Part shown: positions 29,281 to 38,843 of the stretch, piece after piece
How the letters are laid out: each line of letters opens with the position of its first letter
How positions within the stretch are numbered: position 1 is the first letter of the stretch
Assembly: GCA_049513715.1 (NCBI GenBank)
Contig: JBEKVV010000004.1
Location: 160,001-224,000, forward strand
DNA from: Candidatus Bathyarchaeia archaeon
GTDB lineage: Archaea > Thermoproteota > Bathyarchaeia > 40CM-2-53-6
Reading direction: 5' to 3'
DNA length: 64,000 nucleotides
Made by a program: the position numbers and the translations under genes
The notes under the pieces: generated by a model
Told to the model about the DNA's origin: nothing
What the model saw: only the letters and a program-made list of their open reading frames with translations
Database searches by the model: none

Positions 29281-32200
29281 ATGGCAATGGCTGAAGAAGC
29301 GACAAAAGTAATCGGCAGTATACACTTCACACTAATATCCCCAAGCGAAATCCGGAAACTTTCGGCTGTTGAAGTTCAAACGGCCGACACGTACGACGAA
29401 GATGGAGTTCCTATCGTATCGGGTTTAATGGACGGACGACTTGGCACACTTGAGCCGCGCCAGAAATGCAAAACCTGCGGCAACACGGCTTCAGCCTGCC
29501 CGGGTCACTTTGGGCACATTGAACTCGCAGAACCCGTTGTACACGTTGCCTTCGCGAAACTCCTTCACAAGCTGCTGCAGGTAACGTGCCGAAACTGTGG
29601 ACGGGTTCTTCTCTCGGCAGACAAGATCAAAGCTTACAATGAGAGGATGCAACGGGAGCAGAAGCAGCTTAACGAAATCCCTTCCACCTTTTACGAGGCC
29701 GTAATGAAGGACGCGAAGAAAAGCCAAGAGTGCCCGAACTGCGGAGCCCGCCAATACCCAATAGAGCACGCTAAGCCCACCACATTCCACGAAATGATAG
29801 AGGGCGGCGCCTCGAGACTGAACCCGAGTCAGATCAGGGAGCGCTTAGAACGCATTCCCGACGACGACCTTCGGCTTCTTGGAATGGAGTCCACCGCCGC
29901 CAGACCTGAATGGATGATTCTACAAGTTCTTCCTGTTCCAGCAGTCACCGTACGCCCCTCGATCACCCTTGAATCCGGTATCCGCTCAGAAGATGACCTC
30001 ACCCACAAGCTAGTCGACATTATCCGAATCAACCAGAAGCTAAAGGAAGCCCTAGATTCAGGTGTCCCCGTAAACATCATCCAAGAACTACACGAACTCC
30101 TACAATACCACGTCACAACTTACTTTGACAACGAAGTCTCCGGCCTTCCACCAGCCCGCCACAGATCCGGCAGAGCCCTCAAGACTCTGAGCCAACGCCT
30201 CAAAGGCAAGGAAGGAAGGTTCAGAGGTAACCTGTCAGGGAAACGTGTTGACTTCTCGGCTAGAACTGTCATATCCCCCGACCCTAACATTGACATTAAC
30301 GAAGTTGGCGTGCCAATTGATGTTGCGCAACGTCTCACCATCCCAGAACGTGTCAACCCTTGGAACATTGAAGACCTGAAGAACCTCATCAGGTCCGGCC
30401 CCGACCAGTATCCGGGTGCACTTTACATTGTGCGCCCCGACGGCCGAAGGGTAAGGCTTGAGTTCGTTACAGAGCGCGAGAGCCTAGCAGAGGCACTGCA
30501 ACCAGGTTTCATAGTGGAACGCCACATCAGAGACGGCGACATTGTACTCTTCAACCGACAACCCTCGCTGCACCGCATGTCCATAATGGCGCACACCGTG
30601 AAAGTTCTACCCTACAAGACCTTTAGGCTCAACCCGTGCGTTTGCCCACCCTACAACGCCGACTTCGACGGAGACGAGATGAACCTACACGTCCCGCAGG
30701 GAGAGGAGGCGCGCACCGAAGCCAAGTTGCTAATGCAAGTACAAGACCAGATTTTGTCCCCACGCTACGGAGGACCCATCATAGGAGCAAAGACGGACCT
30801 GCTCACAGCCGCTTACCTCTTGACGAGAAAATCAACTTACCTTCCGAAGGAAGAGGTGGGGAAGCTCATAACCGCGGCCGGGTACATGGGTGAACTTCCA
30901 ACCCCAGAAATCAAGAAACCCGTTGAGCTCTGGAGTGGCAAACAAATATTCAGCCTGTTTCTACCAGCTGGTTTCAACTTCGTCGCAAAATCAAGCATGG
31001 TCACAAAGGAAGACGGCGCCTCAGTCGTTGTGAAAGACGGGCGGCTTGTTGAAGGCGTAATCGACAAGAACACAATTGGCGCAGAGCGTTCTGAGACCCT
31101 CTTCCACCGCGTCGTCAAGGACGCCGGGTCTGAAACTGGCAAGAATTTCCTGAACGGCCTAATCAAACTCTTAGACAGGTTCATCACACTGCGCGGATTC
31201 TCATACGGAATCAACGAACTCGACATTCCAGAATCTGTGCGAGACAAAATATCCAAAGCAATCAAGAAGGCCGAGGACCATGTTCAAGAGCTGATAGACC
31301 AATACAAGAGAAGAACCTTAGAAAGGCTTCCAGGACGCTCCTTGGAAGAATCGCTTGAACTCCGAATTATGGATGAGTTGTCGAAAGCACGCGACCAAGC
31401 AGGCGAATTGGCGGAACAGTACCTGATGACGGAGACCGACAATGCGGGTGTAATCATGACCAAAACGGGCGCCCGTGGGTCAATGCTCAACATAGCGCAA
31501 ATGGTTGCCAGCGTGGGACAGCAGTCAATTCGAGGTCAGCGAATTCGACGGGGGTACAGAGGCAGAGCCCTCTCATTCTTCGACCGAGGCGATGCAGGAG
31601 CTGAAGCCCGAGGGTTCGTTTACGCCTCATACCAAGAGGGGCTGACGCCTGTTGAGTTCTTCTTCCACTCCATGGGAGGCAGAGAAGGCCTAGTCGACAC
31701 GGCAGTACGAACACAGCAAAGCGGCTACATGCAACGTCGACTCATCAATGCCCTCGAACACATACGAGTCGAATACGACGGAACAGTCCGAGACTCTAGA
31801 GGAGACATAATCCAATTCAGGTACGGCGAAGACGGCGTAGACACAGCGAAGAGCGACCACGGCAAGGCCGTGAACACGGAGCGCCTCGTTGAGCGTGTCG
31901 AACTCACAATCGAAAAAGGAGCGAAGGCAAGCAAGGCCTACATTGAGAAGAAGGTCGATGATGTCGAGGACGACCTTACCCCGAGTTTATCTCAGCAGCT
32001 TAAGGGCAGCCTCACCAAAGCGAAGCTAACGCGCAAGGGCGTCGATCAAGCAGTTAAGGAGGCAGTGAAGAACTACGGGAAGTCAATGATCGAGCCCGGC
32101 GAAGCGGCCGGTATTGTATCGGCTCAGTCCATCGGTGAACCGGGTACTCAGATGACCCTGAGAACTTTCCACTTCGCTGGTGTAAGAGAGCAAAACGTCA

Positions 32201-33093
32201 CCTTGGGCCTGCCAAGGCTGATCGAGATAGTTGATGCAAGAAAGATTCCTTCCACTCCAAGCATGATTGTTTACTTGGACAAGAGATATCGCGCCAGCCG
32301 TGAGAAAGCGCAAGAAGTGGCCACGAGCATAACGCACACAAATCTCGCCGACATCGCCTCAAGCATCGAATCAGACATCACCAAGATGCGCATCATTGTG
32401 ACCCTGAACACGGAGGCCATGAAGGAGAGGGATGTAGGCCTGAAGGATGTGAAGGCCGCGGTGACTCCGGGCGGATGCAAAGTGGAGGTTGAAAGGAACA
32501 CAGTGCATATCACACCGCAGGAAATGGAGATCGCACAATTCAACAGGCTCGTCTTGCGCTTACCGTTGATGCATATCAAAGGGCTACCACAAGTCAAACG
32601 CGCACTTGTCATGGAAGAGAAGGCGGGCGACAAGAACGAATGGGTAATCCGCACCGAAGGATCGAACCTTGACCTAACCCTCCGGACCCCAGGCGTCGAT
32701 ACCGTGAGGACAATATCGAACAACATGCACGAAGTGGCGGAGGTACTTGGAATAGAGGCAGCCCGCAACGTAATCATAAAGGAAGCAACGGCGGTGCTCG
32801 AAGAACAAGGCCTCGACGTTGACGTAAGGCATGTAATGCTCGTTGCTGACGCAATGACCGCCTCAGGTGAAGTTCTTCAAGTCGGAAGGCACGGTGTCAG
32901 CGGGGAGAAAGCGAGCACCTTAGCCAAAGCCGCATTCGAAATCACAATACCAACGATCGTCGACGCAGCAATCAAAGGAACCCGAGACACACTACGTGGC
33001 GTCGCCGAGAACGTCATAGTAGGGCAACAGGTTCCAATGGGAACAGGTTTAATCGAAGTCTACATGTCTATGCCAGAGAAGGCGAAGAAGTAA
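29281..33093 (+). CDS. rpoA: RNA polymerase largest subunit (Rpo1), A' and A'' fused
   Basis: NADFDGD catalytic motif and the A''-type SIGEPGTQMTLRTFH in one ORF. Confidence 0.97.
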   Translation: MAMAEEATKVIGSIHFTLISPSEIRKLSAVEVQTADTYDEDGVPIVSGLMDGRLGTLEPRQKCKTCGNTASACPGHFGHIELAEPVVHVAFAKLLHKLLQVTCRNCGRVLLSADKIKAYNERMQREQKQLNEIPSTFYEAVMKDAKKSQECPNCGARQYPIEHAKPTTFHEMIEGGASRLNPSQIRERLERIPDDDLRLLGMESTAARPEWMILQVLPVPAVTVRPSITLESGIRSEDDLTHKLVDIIRINQKLKEALDSGVPVNIIQELHELLQYHVTTYFDNEVSGLPPARHRSGRALKTLSQRLKGKEGRFRGNLSGKRVDFSARTVISPDPNIDINEVGVPIDVAQRLTIPERVNPWNIEDLKNLIRSGPDQYPGALYIVRPDGRRVRLEFVTERESLAEALQPGFIVERHIRDGDIVLFNRQPSLHRMSIMAHTVKVLPYKTFRLNPCVCPPYNADFDGDEMNLHVPQGEEARTEAKLLMQVQDQILSPRYGGPIIGAKTDLLTAAYLLTRKSTYLPKEEVGKLITAAGYMGELPTPEIKKPVELWSGKQIFSLFLPAGFNFVAKSSMVTKEDGASVVVKDGRLVEGVIDKNTIGAERSETLFHRVVKDAGSETGKNFLNGLIKLLDRFITLRGFSYGINELDIPESVRDKISKAIKKAEDHVQELIDQYKRRTLERLPGRSLEESLELRIMDELSKARDQAGELAEQYLMTETDNAGVIMTKTGARGSMLNIAQMVASVGQQSIRGQRIRRGYRGRALSFFDRGDAGAEARGFVYASYQEGLTPVEFFFHSMGGREGLVDTAVRTQQSGYMQRRLINALEHIRVEYDGTVRDSRGDIIQFRYGEDGVDTAKSDHGKAVNTERLVERVELTIEKGAKASKAYIEKKVDDVEDDLTPSLSQQLKGSLTKAKLTRKGVDQAVKEAVKNYGKSMIEPGEAAGIVSAQSIGEPGTQMTLRTFHFAGVREQNVTLGLPRLIEIVDARKIPSTPSMIVYLDKRYRASREKAQEVATSITHTNLADIASSIESDITKMRIIVTLNTEAMKERDVGLKDVKAAVTPGGCKVEVERNTVHITPQEMEIAQFNRLVLRLPLMHIKGLPQVKRALVMEEKAGDKNEWVIRTEGSNLDLTLRTPGVDTVRTISNNMHEVAEVLGIEAARNVIIKEATAVLEEQGLDVDVRHVMLVADAMTASGEVLQVGRHGVSGEKASTLAKAAFEITIPTIVDAAIKGTRDTLRGVAENVIVGQQVPMGTGLIEVYMSMPEKAKK

Positions 33094-33407
33094 TGCAAAC
33101 CGCCAAGGTCGATGTGAATAAGCAAATTCAGATTACAGTGAAGACTGGCAAAGTTTCCTTTGGGGTCAAGGAGGCCATTGATGCTGCAAGGTTCGCGAAA
33201 GCGAAGCTCCTAATACTCGCCGCCAATTGCCCCGCACAAGGTAGGACAGACATAGCCCAATACGCCAAGCAATCAGAAGTTCCAATCTTCAACTACGCAG
33301 GAACAAGCTTGGACTTGGGAGCAGCATGTCTGAAACGTTTCGTCGTTGCTGCATTGACTGTCAAAGAACCAGGGGATTCCGAGATACTGAAACTGGTAGC
33401 GCGCTAA
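33093..33407 (+). CDS. rpl30e: 50S ribosomal protein L30e
   Basis: KTGKVSFG, LGAAC and PGDSEIL motifs; conserved position. Confidence 0.95.
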   Translation: MQTAKVDVNKQIQITVKTGKVSFGVKEAIDAARFAKAKLLILAANCPAQGRTDIAQYAKQSEVPIFNYAGTSLDLGAACLKRFVVAALTVKEPGDSEILKLVAR

Positions 33408-33410
33408 AAC

Positions 33411-33848
33411 ATGTCCACTTCAAGAATAAAGCTGGGCGGAGAAGAGATGCGGCTCATCGCCCTCTTCGAGAACATCACCGGTGCAACAGCCAACGACTGC
33501 GTAATCGACGCCGAAGACGACCGAATAATCTTCATCGCCAAACCCGGCGAAATGGGATTAGCCATCGGCAAAGCGGGCAAGAACATCAACATGCTTCGCC
33601 AAATGACCGGGAAGCCAATTGAAGTTGTGGAATTCTCCGAAACCGCCGAGGGCTTGGTTAGGAATTGCTTGGCCCCAGCTAAAATCAAAGAGATCAGGGT
33701 CACCGAACGCCCTGACAGGAAGATCATCGTGGTCGAAGTCGACCCCAAGGACAAGGCGCTAGCCATCGGCAAAAACGGGAGAACGATCGACAAAACCCGA
33801 ATGCTCGCCAAGCGTTACTATCAAATCGACCACGTCCAAATCGCCTAA
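33411..33848 (+). CDS. nusA: Archaeal NusA (KH domains)
   Basis: AIGKAGKNI and AIGKNG motifs; conserved position. Confidence 0.95.
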   Translation: MSTSRIKLGGEEMRLIALFENITGATANDCVIDAEDDRIIFIAKPGEMGLAIGKAGKNINMLRQMTGKPIEVVEFSETAEGLVRNCLAPAKIKEIRVTERPDRKIIVVEVDPKDKALAIGKNGRTIDKTRMLAKRYYQIDHVQIA

Positions 33849-33982
33849 CCCTCACACAGACAAGGTTTTGCGGCTCCACACGGCCGTTAATCGTGTGAAT
33901 GACCGATAACTGCTTGCCCTATTTTGTGGGCATTTGAGCTTTTATCGCACTACGAACCGCTTAGGCAAAGAGGCCTGCGATA

Positions 33983-34897
33983 GTGGATAAGGTAAGCAAG
34001 ATTTGGATTAACGGCAACCTCGTTAACTGGGACGATGCTAAGATTCATGTCCTAACCCACGCGCTGCATTATGCGACAGCGGTCTTTGAAGGACTTAGAT
34101 GCTACAAGACAGACCGTGGGCCAGCAATTTTCAGACTCTATGACCACGTTTGGCGGCTCATTAACAGCGCGAAGATTTACCTCATGGCCCTTCAATACAA
34201 GCCTGATGAGATCGCAAGCGCAATCAAATCAGTCGTTAAGGCCAACGGCCTCGAACAGTGCTACATACGCCCAATTGCCTTCTACGGCTACGGTGAAATG
34301 GGCGTAAACCCGCTACCCAACAAGGTGGAGATGGCAATTGCGGCTTGGCAATGGGATGCCTATCTCGGAAAAGACGCCGCCACGAAGGGAGTTCGATGCA
34401 TGGTTTCCTCCTGGCGTAGGATCAGCCCCCTAACTTTGCCGCCCCAGGCCAAATCGTCAGCGAACTATGCCAACGGCGCACTGGCCAAGATTGAGGCTCT
34501 AAAGGGAGGATACGATGAGGCCATACTGCTCAACTCCAATGGCATGGTTTCGGAGGCCACTGGGGAAAACATATTCCGCGTCAAACGAGGCGCTCTCTCC
34601 ACGCCACCAGCATCGGCCGGTATACTCCGTGGAATCACGAGAGACAGCGTGATTCAACTTGCCTCAGATGTCGGCGTCGAGTGTAGGCGCATAGACATCT
34701 CCCGCGAAGAACTGTACACGTCTGACGAGCTATTCCTCTGCGGGACCGCAGCGGAGCTCACTCCCATCCGAGAAGTTGATGGAAGGAGTGTCAGCGATGA
34801 CACCTATCCTATCACACGCAAACTCCAAGCTGCCTACAACGATGCTGTCCGGGGAAGAAACCAGAAATATTCGCAGTGGCTAGATTACGTGACCTAG
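33983..34897 (+). CDS. ilvE: Branched-chain amino acid aminotransferase
   Basis: HALHY, FEGLR, YIRP, EATGENIF, GITR and GTAAE motifs. Confidence 0.95.
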   Translation: MDKVSKIWINGNLVNWDDAKIHVLTHALHYATAVFEGLRCYKTDRGPAIFRLYDHVWRLINSAKIYLMALQYKPDEIASAIKSVVKANGLEQCYIRPIAFYGYGEMGVNPLPNKVEMAIAAWQWDAYLGKDAATKGVRCMVSSWRRISPLTLPPQAKSSANYANGALAKIEALKGGYDEAILLNSNGMVSEATGENIFRVKRGALSTPPASAGILRGITRDSVIQLASDVGVECRRIDISREELYTSDELFLCGTAAELTPIREVDGRSVSDDTYPITRKLQAAYNDAVRGRNQKYSQWLDYVT

Positions 34898-34924
34898 CCG
34901 CCAGGATCATCTGTGGTTAGGAAA

Positions 34925-35430
34925 TCGCTGTGGGGGATTGGGTTAACCCTACAACACCTAGATGCCTTGGCCAAGCGCCTTCAACTCCAAGGCCCAAAAT
35001 TCGGCAATTAGGTGTTGCCTGTTCCACCACAGGTGTCGCAGGCGAGTTTTCTCCCGCACAATCTGGCCGCGAACGGGGGCCGGGGTCATTCGCTATTTCA
35101 GAAAATTCTCTTGTGCGGTCTTGACGACATGCTCGTAATCACTTTCGGACGCGAGTGCTACCCTCGGTATCACCGAGCCATCGATCGAGGTTACAACAGG
35201 GAGAAGTTCACGGTCTCGGGTGTCGTTCCAGTAGTCTGGGCCAGCGCATGCGCCAGAGTTCGTTTCTTGGATCCCTAACTCTCGAAGGAACGGGAACCTC
35301 TCTTGGTTTGAGATTAGAGTCGTCTTGATGATCGGGCAGACTCCTGTACCGGGACATTGCGCCCGGCTTTATCCTTGCCTCCCAGTTCCGCTTACGAGTA
35401 CGCTAACCTCACGCATGGGGCGGTTATGTT
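34925..35430 (-). ncRNA. Candidate large structured non-coding RNA (~500 nt), family unknown
   Basis: At least ten inverted-repeat helices in a gap with no credible ORF, e.g. 34952-34960/35009-35017, 35054-35061/35111-35118, 35163-35168/35172-35177, 35224-35229/35287-35292, 35187-35193/35404-35410; most G-U extensions favour the minus strand. Confidence 0.6.
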
Positions 35431-35442
35431 TTCTTCGCAGCC

Positions 35443-35721
35443 TTACTCAGGCGGGACCTCTATGTCGCTCTCTTTGCCCCCGGTTCCGCCGCATGCTTCA
35501 CAAACGAGTTTTCCGCCACCGAAACACTCGTTACACTTGATGGACACGACGCCGCTGCCATTGCAAATATCGCATTCCAATACACCCTTCTCAGTGGTCA
35601 GTTTCCCAGTGGCCTTACATTCGTCACATTTGGAAGGGACAGAACCGGTGCCCTTGCATTTGCTGCAACTAACTTCGCCCGTACCATTACAAGTGGTGCA
35701 TACCAAAATGGAAAACCTCAC
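35443..35721 (-). CDS. Stand-alone DnaJ-type zinc-finger protein
   Basis: Six CxxCx(G/A)xG repeats and no J domain. Confidence 0.75.
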   Translation of the reverse strand: MRFSILVCTTCNGTGEVSCSKCKGTGSVPSKCDECKATGKLTTEKGVLECDICNGSGVVSIKCNECFGGGKLVCEACGGTGGKESDIEVPPE

Positions 35722-35837
35722 TCTGACTTATCCGGTCAGTAGGCTTACAGGGGGTTCGCAGTCAACGCTTTTGAACTTTACGTAACCGACCGAAATACCT
35801 CAACCAATTCGCCATTGGTCAACTTCCTCAATTCCTC

Positions 35838-36155
35838 TTGGTCAATTCCGAAGACGGCGTTGTAAGGAGAATTCCTAAAATCTGCTTGGATCATTGTAAT
35901 ACTAATCTTAGCCTTCTCGAGCTTATTCGCACGGCTCTGAAGGACGCGCTGGGTATTGAAGGAAGGTTCTCCTCTCAGAAGGACACAAGGTCAAATCGGA
36001 AGGTAATCTATCAGTTGCGCATATACCGAAAGGATGCCGTCAGAAAATTCCTATTGAACGTCGAGACTCCAAAGCTTAAGCGCGAGAAGATGAAATATGT
36101 GGAAAATTGGTTGCAAGAAAAAAAGGAGAGAAAGGAAGTAGAAATTACTTCCTAG
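35838..36155 (+). pseudogene. LAGLIDADG-like homing endonuclease domain, short and probably a remnant
   Basis: NTNLSLLELIRTALKDALGI and YQLRIYRKDAVRKFL resemble the LAGLIDADG fold; the N-terminal motif is degenerate (FLLVNSEDG). Confidence 0.5.
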
Positions 36156-36753
36156 CTTTTTCGAATCTGGCTGCCACATCGTCCCAGTTTGTAACCTTCC
36201 ACCACTCATCGACGTATTTTGCCCGGTCGTTTTTATAGACCAAATAATACGCGTGTTCCCATACGTCGAGGCCTAGGAGGATTGGGAGTTGGGCTAGATG
36301 CATGAAGTTTTGCTTCTCGACTTGGGTGAGTAGCAGTTGATCGGACATGTTGTCGTAGAGTAGGAGTGCCCAGCCTGAGCCTTCGACGGTTTTGGCTGCG
36401 TCGGAGAATTGTTGCTTGAACTTGTCGAAGCCGCCGAAGTCTGCTTTGACTTTGTCTCCTAGTGCTCCGCCTGGTGTGCTGCCGCCTTTGCCTGGTGGTG
36501 CCATGTTGGGCCAGAAGATGCTGTGGAGCACGTGGCCGCCGAAGTTGAAGCTGAAGTCTCTCAAGGTTGCTTTCATGTCGACCTGCAATTCGCCTTTTCT
36601 TGCTTTGTCGAGTTTCTCGAGTGCTGCGTTGGCGCCGTTAACGTATGCAGCGTGGTGTTTGTCGTGGTGGAGCATCATGATTTGTTCAGAGATTACTGGT
36701 TCGAGGGCATTGTACTTGTATGGTAATTCCGGAAGAACGTATTTGTTTGACAT
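36145..36753 (-). CDS. sod: Fe/Mn superoxide dismutase
   Basis: HHDKHH, GGHVLHSIFW and DVWEHAYY motifs. Confidence 0.97.
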   Translation of the reverse strand: MSNKYVLPELPYKYNALEPVISEQIMMLHHDKHHAAYVNGANAALEKLDKARKGELQVDMKATLRDFSFNFGGHVLHSIFWPNMAPPGKGGSTPGGALGDKVKADFGGFDKFKQQFSDAAKTVEGSGWALLLYDNMSDQLLLTQVEKQNFMHLAQLPILLGLDVWEHAYYLVYKNDRAKYVDEWWKVTNWDDVAARFEKARK

Positions 36754-36776
36754 GGGCGCTCACGTTTGCCACGTCC

Positions 36777-36790
36777 AATTTAACCTTTTC
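36777..36790 (-). promoter_or_regulatory. Putative BRE/TATA promoter of sod
   Basis: Minus strand GAAAAGGTTAAATT about 25 nt upstream of the ATG. Confidence 0.5.
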
Positions 36791-36835
36791 ATTAAACTAA
36801 GAAAACTATTTGACGTGAAAAATCTGCAGAGTTGC

Positions 36836-37243
36836 CTAGACCAGTTGCTTCACGTCGTCTGTGACGGCTTGGCCTAGGAATCCGTAGACCCCGAGCTTCA
36901 GAACCTTCAACCCTAGAAGGGCGCATTTGATTCTTGTTGGTCCAGGGTCGATTCCGAGCAGGTTAAGGACGTCGGGTTTGCTTAGGGCTTTGACTTGGTC
37001 GAGTGTCTTGCCTTTGGCGGCTTCGGTCAGCATTGAGGCGGATGCTTGGCTGATGGCGCAGCCTCTGCCCTTGAACCGCAGATCCTCAACCTTTCCATCC
37101 TTGATCTTCAGTTGCATTTCGATGATGTCGCCGCAGAGGGGGTTTGAGTCTTTGACGCGAACATCAGGGTCTTGAAGGTCGCCGAAGTTGCGCGGGTTTC
37201 GGTAGTAGTCGAGGATAATATCCTTGTAGATGTCCGAACTCAT
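36836..37243 (-). CDS. sufU: SufU/IscU Fe-S scaffold
   Basis: NPLCGD, GCAISQAS and RIKCA motifs. Confidence 0.92.
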   Translation of the reverse strand: MSSDIYKDIILDYYRNPRNFGDLQDPDVRVKDSNPLCGDIIEMQLKIKDGKVEDLRFKGRGCAISQASASMLTEAAKGKTLDQVKALSKPDVLNLLGIDPGPTRIKCALLGLKVLKLGVYGFLGQAVTDDVKQLV

Positions 37244-38484
37244 CTGTCGAATAGCTTCCTGGCTTTCTCGAGGGCGTTGATGAACACATCAACTTCCTCT
37301 TTAGTGTTATAGATGTAGAAGCTGGCCCTAGTCGCTGCGGGTATGTCCAAGAATTCCATTAGCGGTTGGGCGCAATGGTGCCCCGACCTCACCGCAATCC
37401 CATCCTCGTCGAGGATTGAGGCAAGATCGTGGGCGTGGATGTCCCCCAAGTTGAAGGAGAGTACACCGACTCTGCGATTGACATCTTTGGAGCCGTATAC
37501 AACTGTGCCCTTGACACCTGCCATTTTGTCCAGCGCGTAAGCGGTAATCTGCTTTTCGTGGTCGAGCACATTCTGCATGCCTATCTTCCGGAGATAGTCG
37601 ACTGCAGCTCCAAGTCCTATGGCACCGGCGATGTTCGGCGTCCCAGCCTCGAATTTGTACGGAATCTCCTTCCAGGATGCGCCGGTCGTGTGAACCTCCT
37701 TAATCATCTCCCCCCCACCGAGAAACGGGGGCATCTTCTCCAAAATGTCACGCTTGCCGTAGAGGACGCCGATTCCTGTAGGCCCCAGCATCTTATGCCC
37801 AGAGAACGCCATGAAGTCACAATCAATATCTTTGGCGTCGACGCGCATGTGCGGAACGGACTGGGCTGCATCAACGAAACACAGGGCGCCTACCCGGTGC
37901 GCTGCTTTCGCAATATCCTTTACAGGGTTAATTGTTCCGATCACATTAGATGCGTGAACCACGCAAACAATCTTGGTTTTCTCATCGATTAGTTCCTGAA
38001 TTTCGTTCTCCCGTAGGAATCCGTTTTGGTCAATTTTGATGAATTCGACCTGAGCCTCCTTCTCTTGAGCGAGTAACTGCCATGGAACAATGTTGCTGTG
38101 GTGTTCCATTATGGTTAGAACTATTTTGTCGCCTTTCTCAATGTTGGTGCGGCCCCAGGCGTAGGCCACTAGGTTCATGGCCTCAGTCGCATTTCGGGTA
38201 AATACAATCTCCTCGGTGTGCTTGGCGTTTATGAACTTCCCAACGTTCTCCCGAGCATTCTCATGTGCGACTGTCGCTTCCTCAGCAAGTTTGTGGATGC
38301 CGCGGTGAATGTTTGCGTTGTACTCCAGGTAGAACTTATCCATGGCATCGATTACGCAGGTTGGTTTTTGGGAAGTTGCGGCGTTGTCGAAGTATACGAG
38401 AGGTTTCCCGTTGACGTGCCGCTTGAGTATTGGGAAGTCCTCTCGAATTTTGAGAACGTTTATGGTTTCGAGCTTCTCCACCAA
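37240..38484 (-). CDS. sufS: SufS-type cysteine desulfurase
   Basis: DNAATSQKP, EHHSN, SGHKM and RSGHHCAQP motifs. Confidence 0.95.
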   Translation of the reverse strand: MVEKLETINVLKIREDFPILKRHVNGKPLVYFDNAATSQKPTCVIDAMDKFYLEYNANIHRGIHKLAEEATVAHENARENVGKFINAKHTEEIVFTRNATEAMNLVAYAWGRTNIEKGDKIVLTIMEHHSNIVPWQLLAQEKEAQVEFIKIDQNGFLRENEIQELIDEKTKIVCVVHASNVIGTINPVKDIAKAAHRVGALCFVDAAQSVPHMRVDAKDIDCDFMAFSGHKMLGPTGIGVLYGKRDILEKMPPFLGGGEMIKEVHTTGASWKEIPYKFEAGTPNIAGAIGLGAAVDYLRKIGMQNVLDHEKQITAYALDKMAGVKGTVVYGSKDVNRRVGVLSFNLGDIHAHDLASILDEDGIAVRSGHHCAQPLMEFLDIPAATRASFYIYNTKEEVDVFINALEKARKLFDR

Positions 38485-38501
38485 AGCTTAGGCCTACTGG
38501 T

Positions 38502-38843
38502 TCACGTAATACTCGTTGAAATAACGTACGGCATACCCCTATAAACACTCAACTTAACGGTTCTGTCAAGTCTGTGGTTGGTGTTGTCGTCTCGGTCGGG
38601 TGTAAATTTCCGTTTGGCAGGTACAGGCATTACCTCAAGCCACAGCACATCATCGGCGAATGTTCGGGCATATATGACGGCGTGCCCCTCCTTTGATTTC
38701 ATCTCGAAGTAGTATTGGATGGGTATGTTCTTGACTTGCATTAGTCTGGGCTTTCTGCTGCATTCGTGTGCTTCAAGTTGTTCTGCGATTAAGGTCTCTC
38801 CACACGTTTGACACTTTACCATGTTGCCGTGAATGTCAATCAT
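38502..38843 (-). CDS. Small Zn-finger protein (passenger); reads through the left TIR
   Basis: CQTCGE...HEC motif; ATG lies next to the stop of the upstream ORF. Confidence 0.6.
   Translation of the reverse strand: MIDIHGNMVKCQTCGETLIAEQLEAHECSRKPRLMQVKNIPIQYYFEMKSKEGHAVIYARTFADDVLWLEVMPVPAKRKFTPDRDDNTNHRLDRTVKLSVYRGMPYVISTSIT

Noticed and set aside
34925..35035. tRNA or intron-containing tRNA in the terminal domain of the structured region
   Set aside because: GGTGGAACAGGCAACAC resembles a D arm, but there is no valid T loop or cloverleaf
34925..35430. RNase P RNA or SRP RNA
   Set aside because: No GAGGAAAGUCC / AACAGAA..GGCUUA regions and no SRP helix 8 motif seen on either strand
34930..35785. 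Short plus-strand ORFs (64, 88, 71 and 142 aa)
   Set aside because: No recognisable motifs; they overlap the structured region or are antisense to the Zn-finger gene
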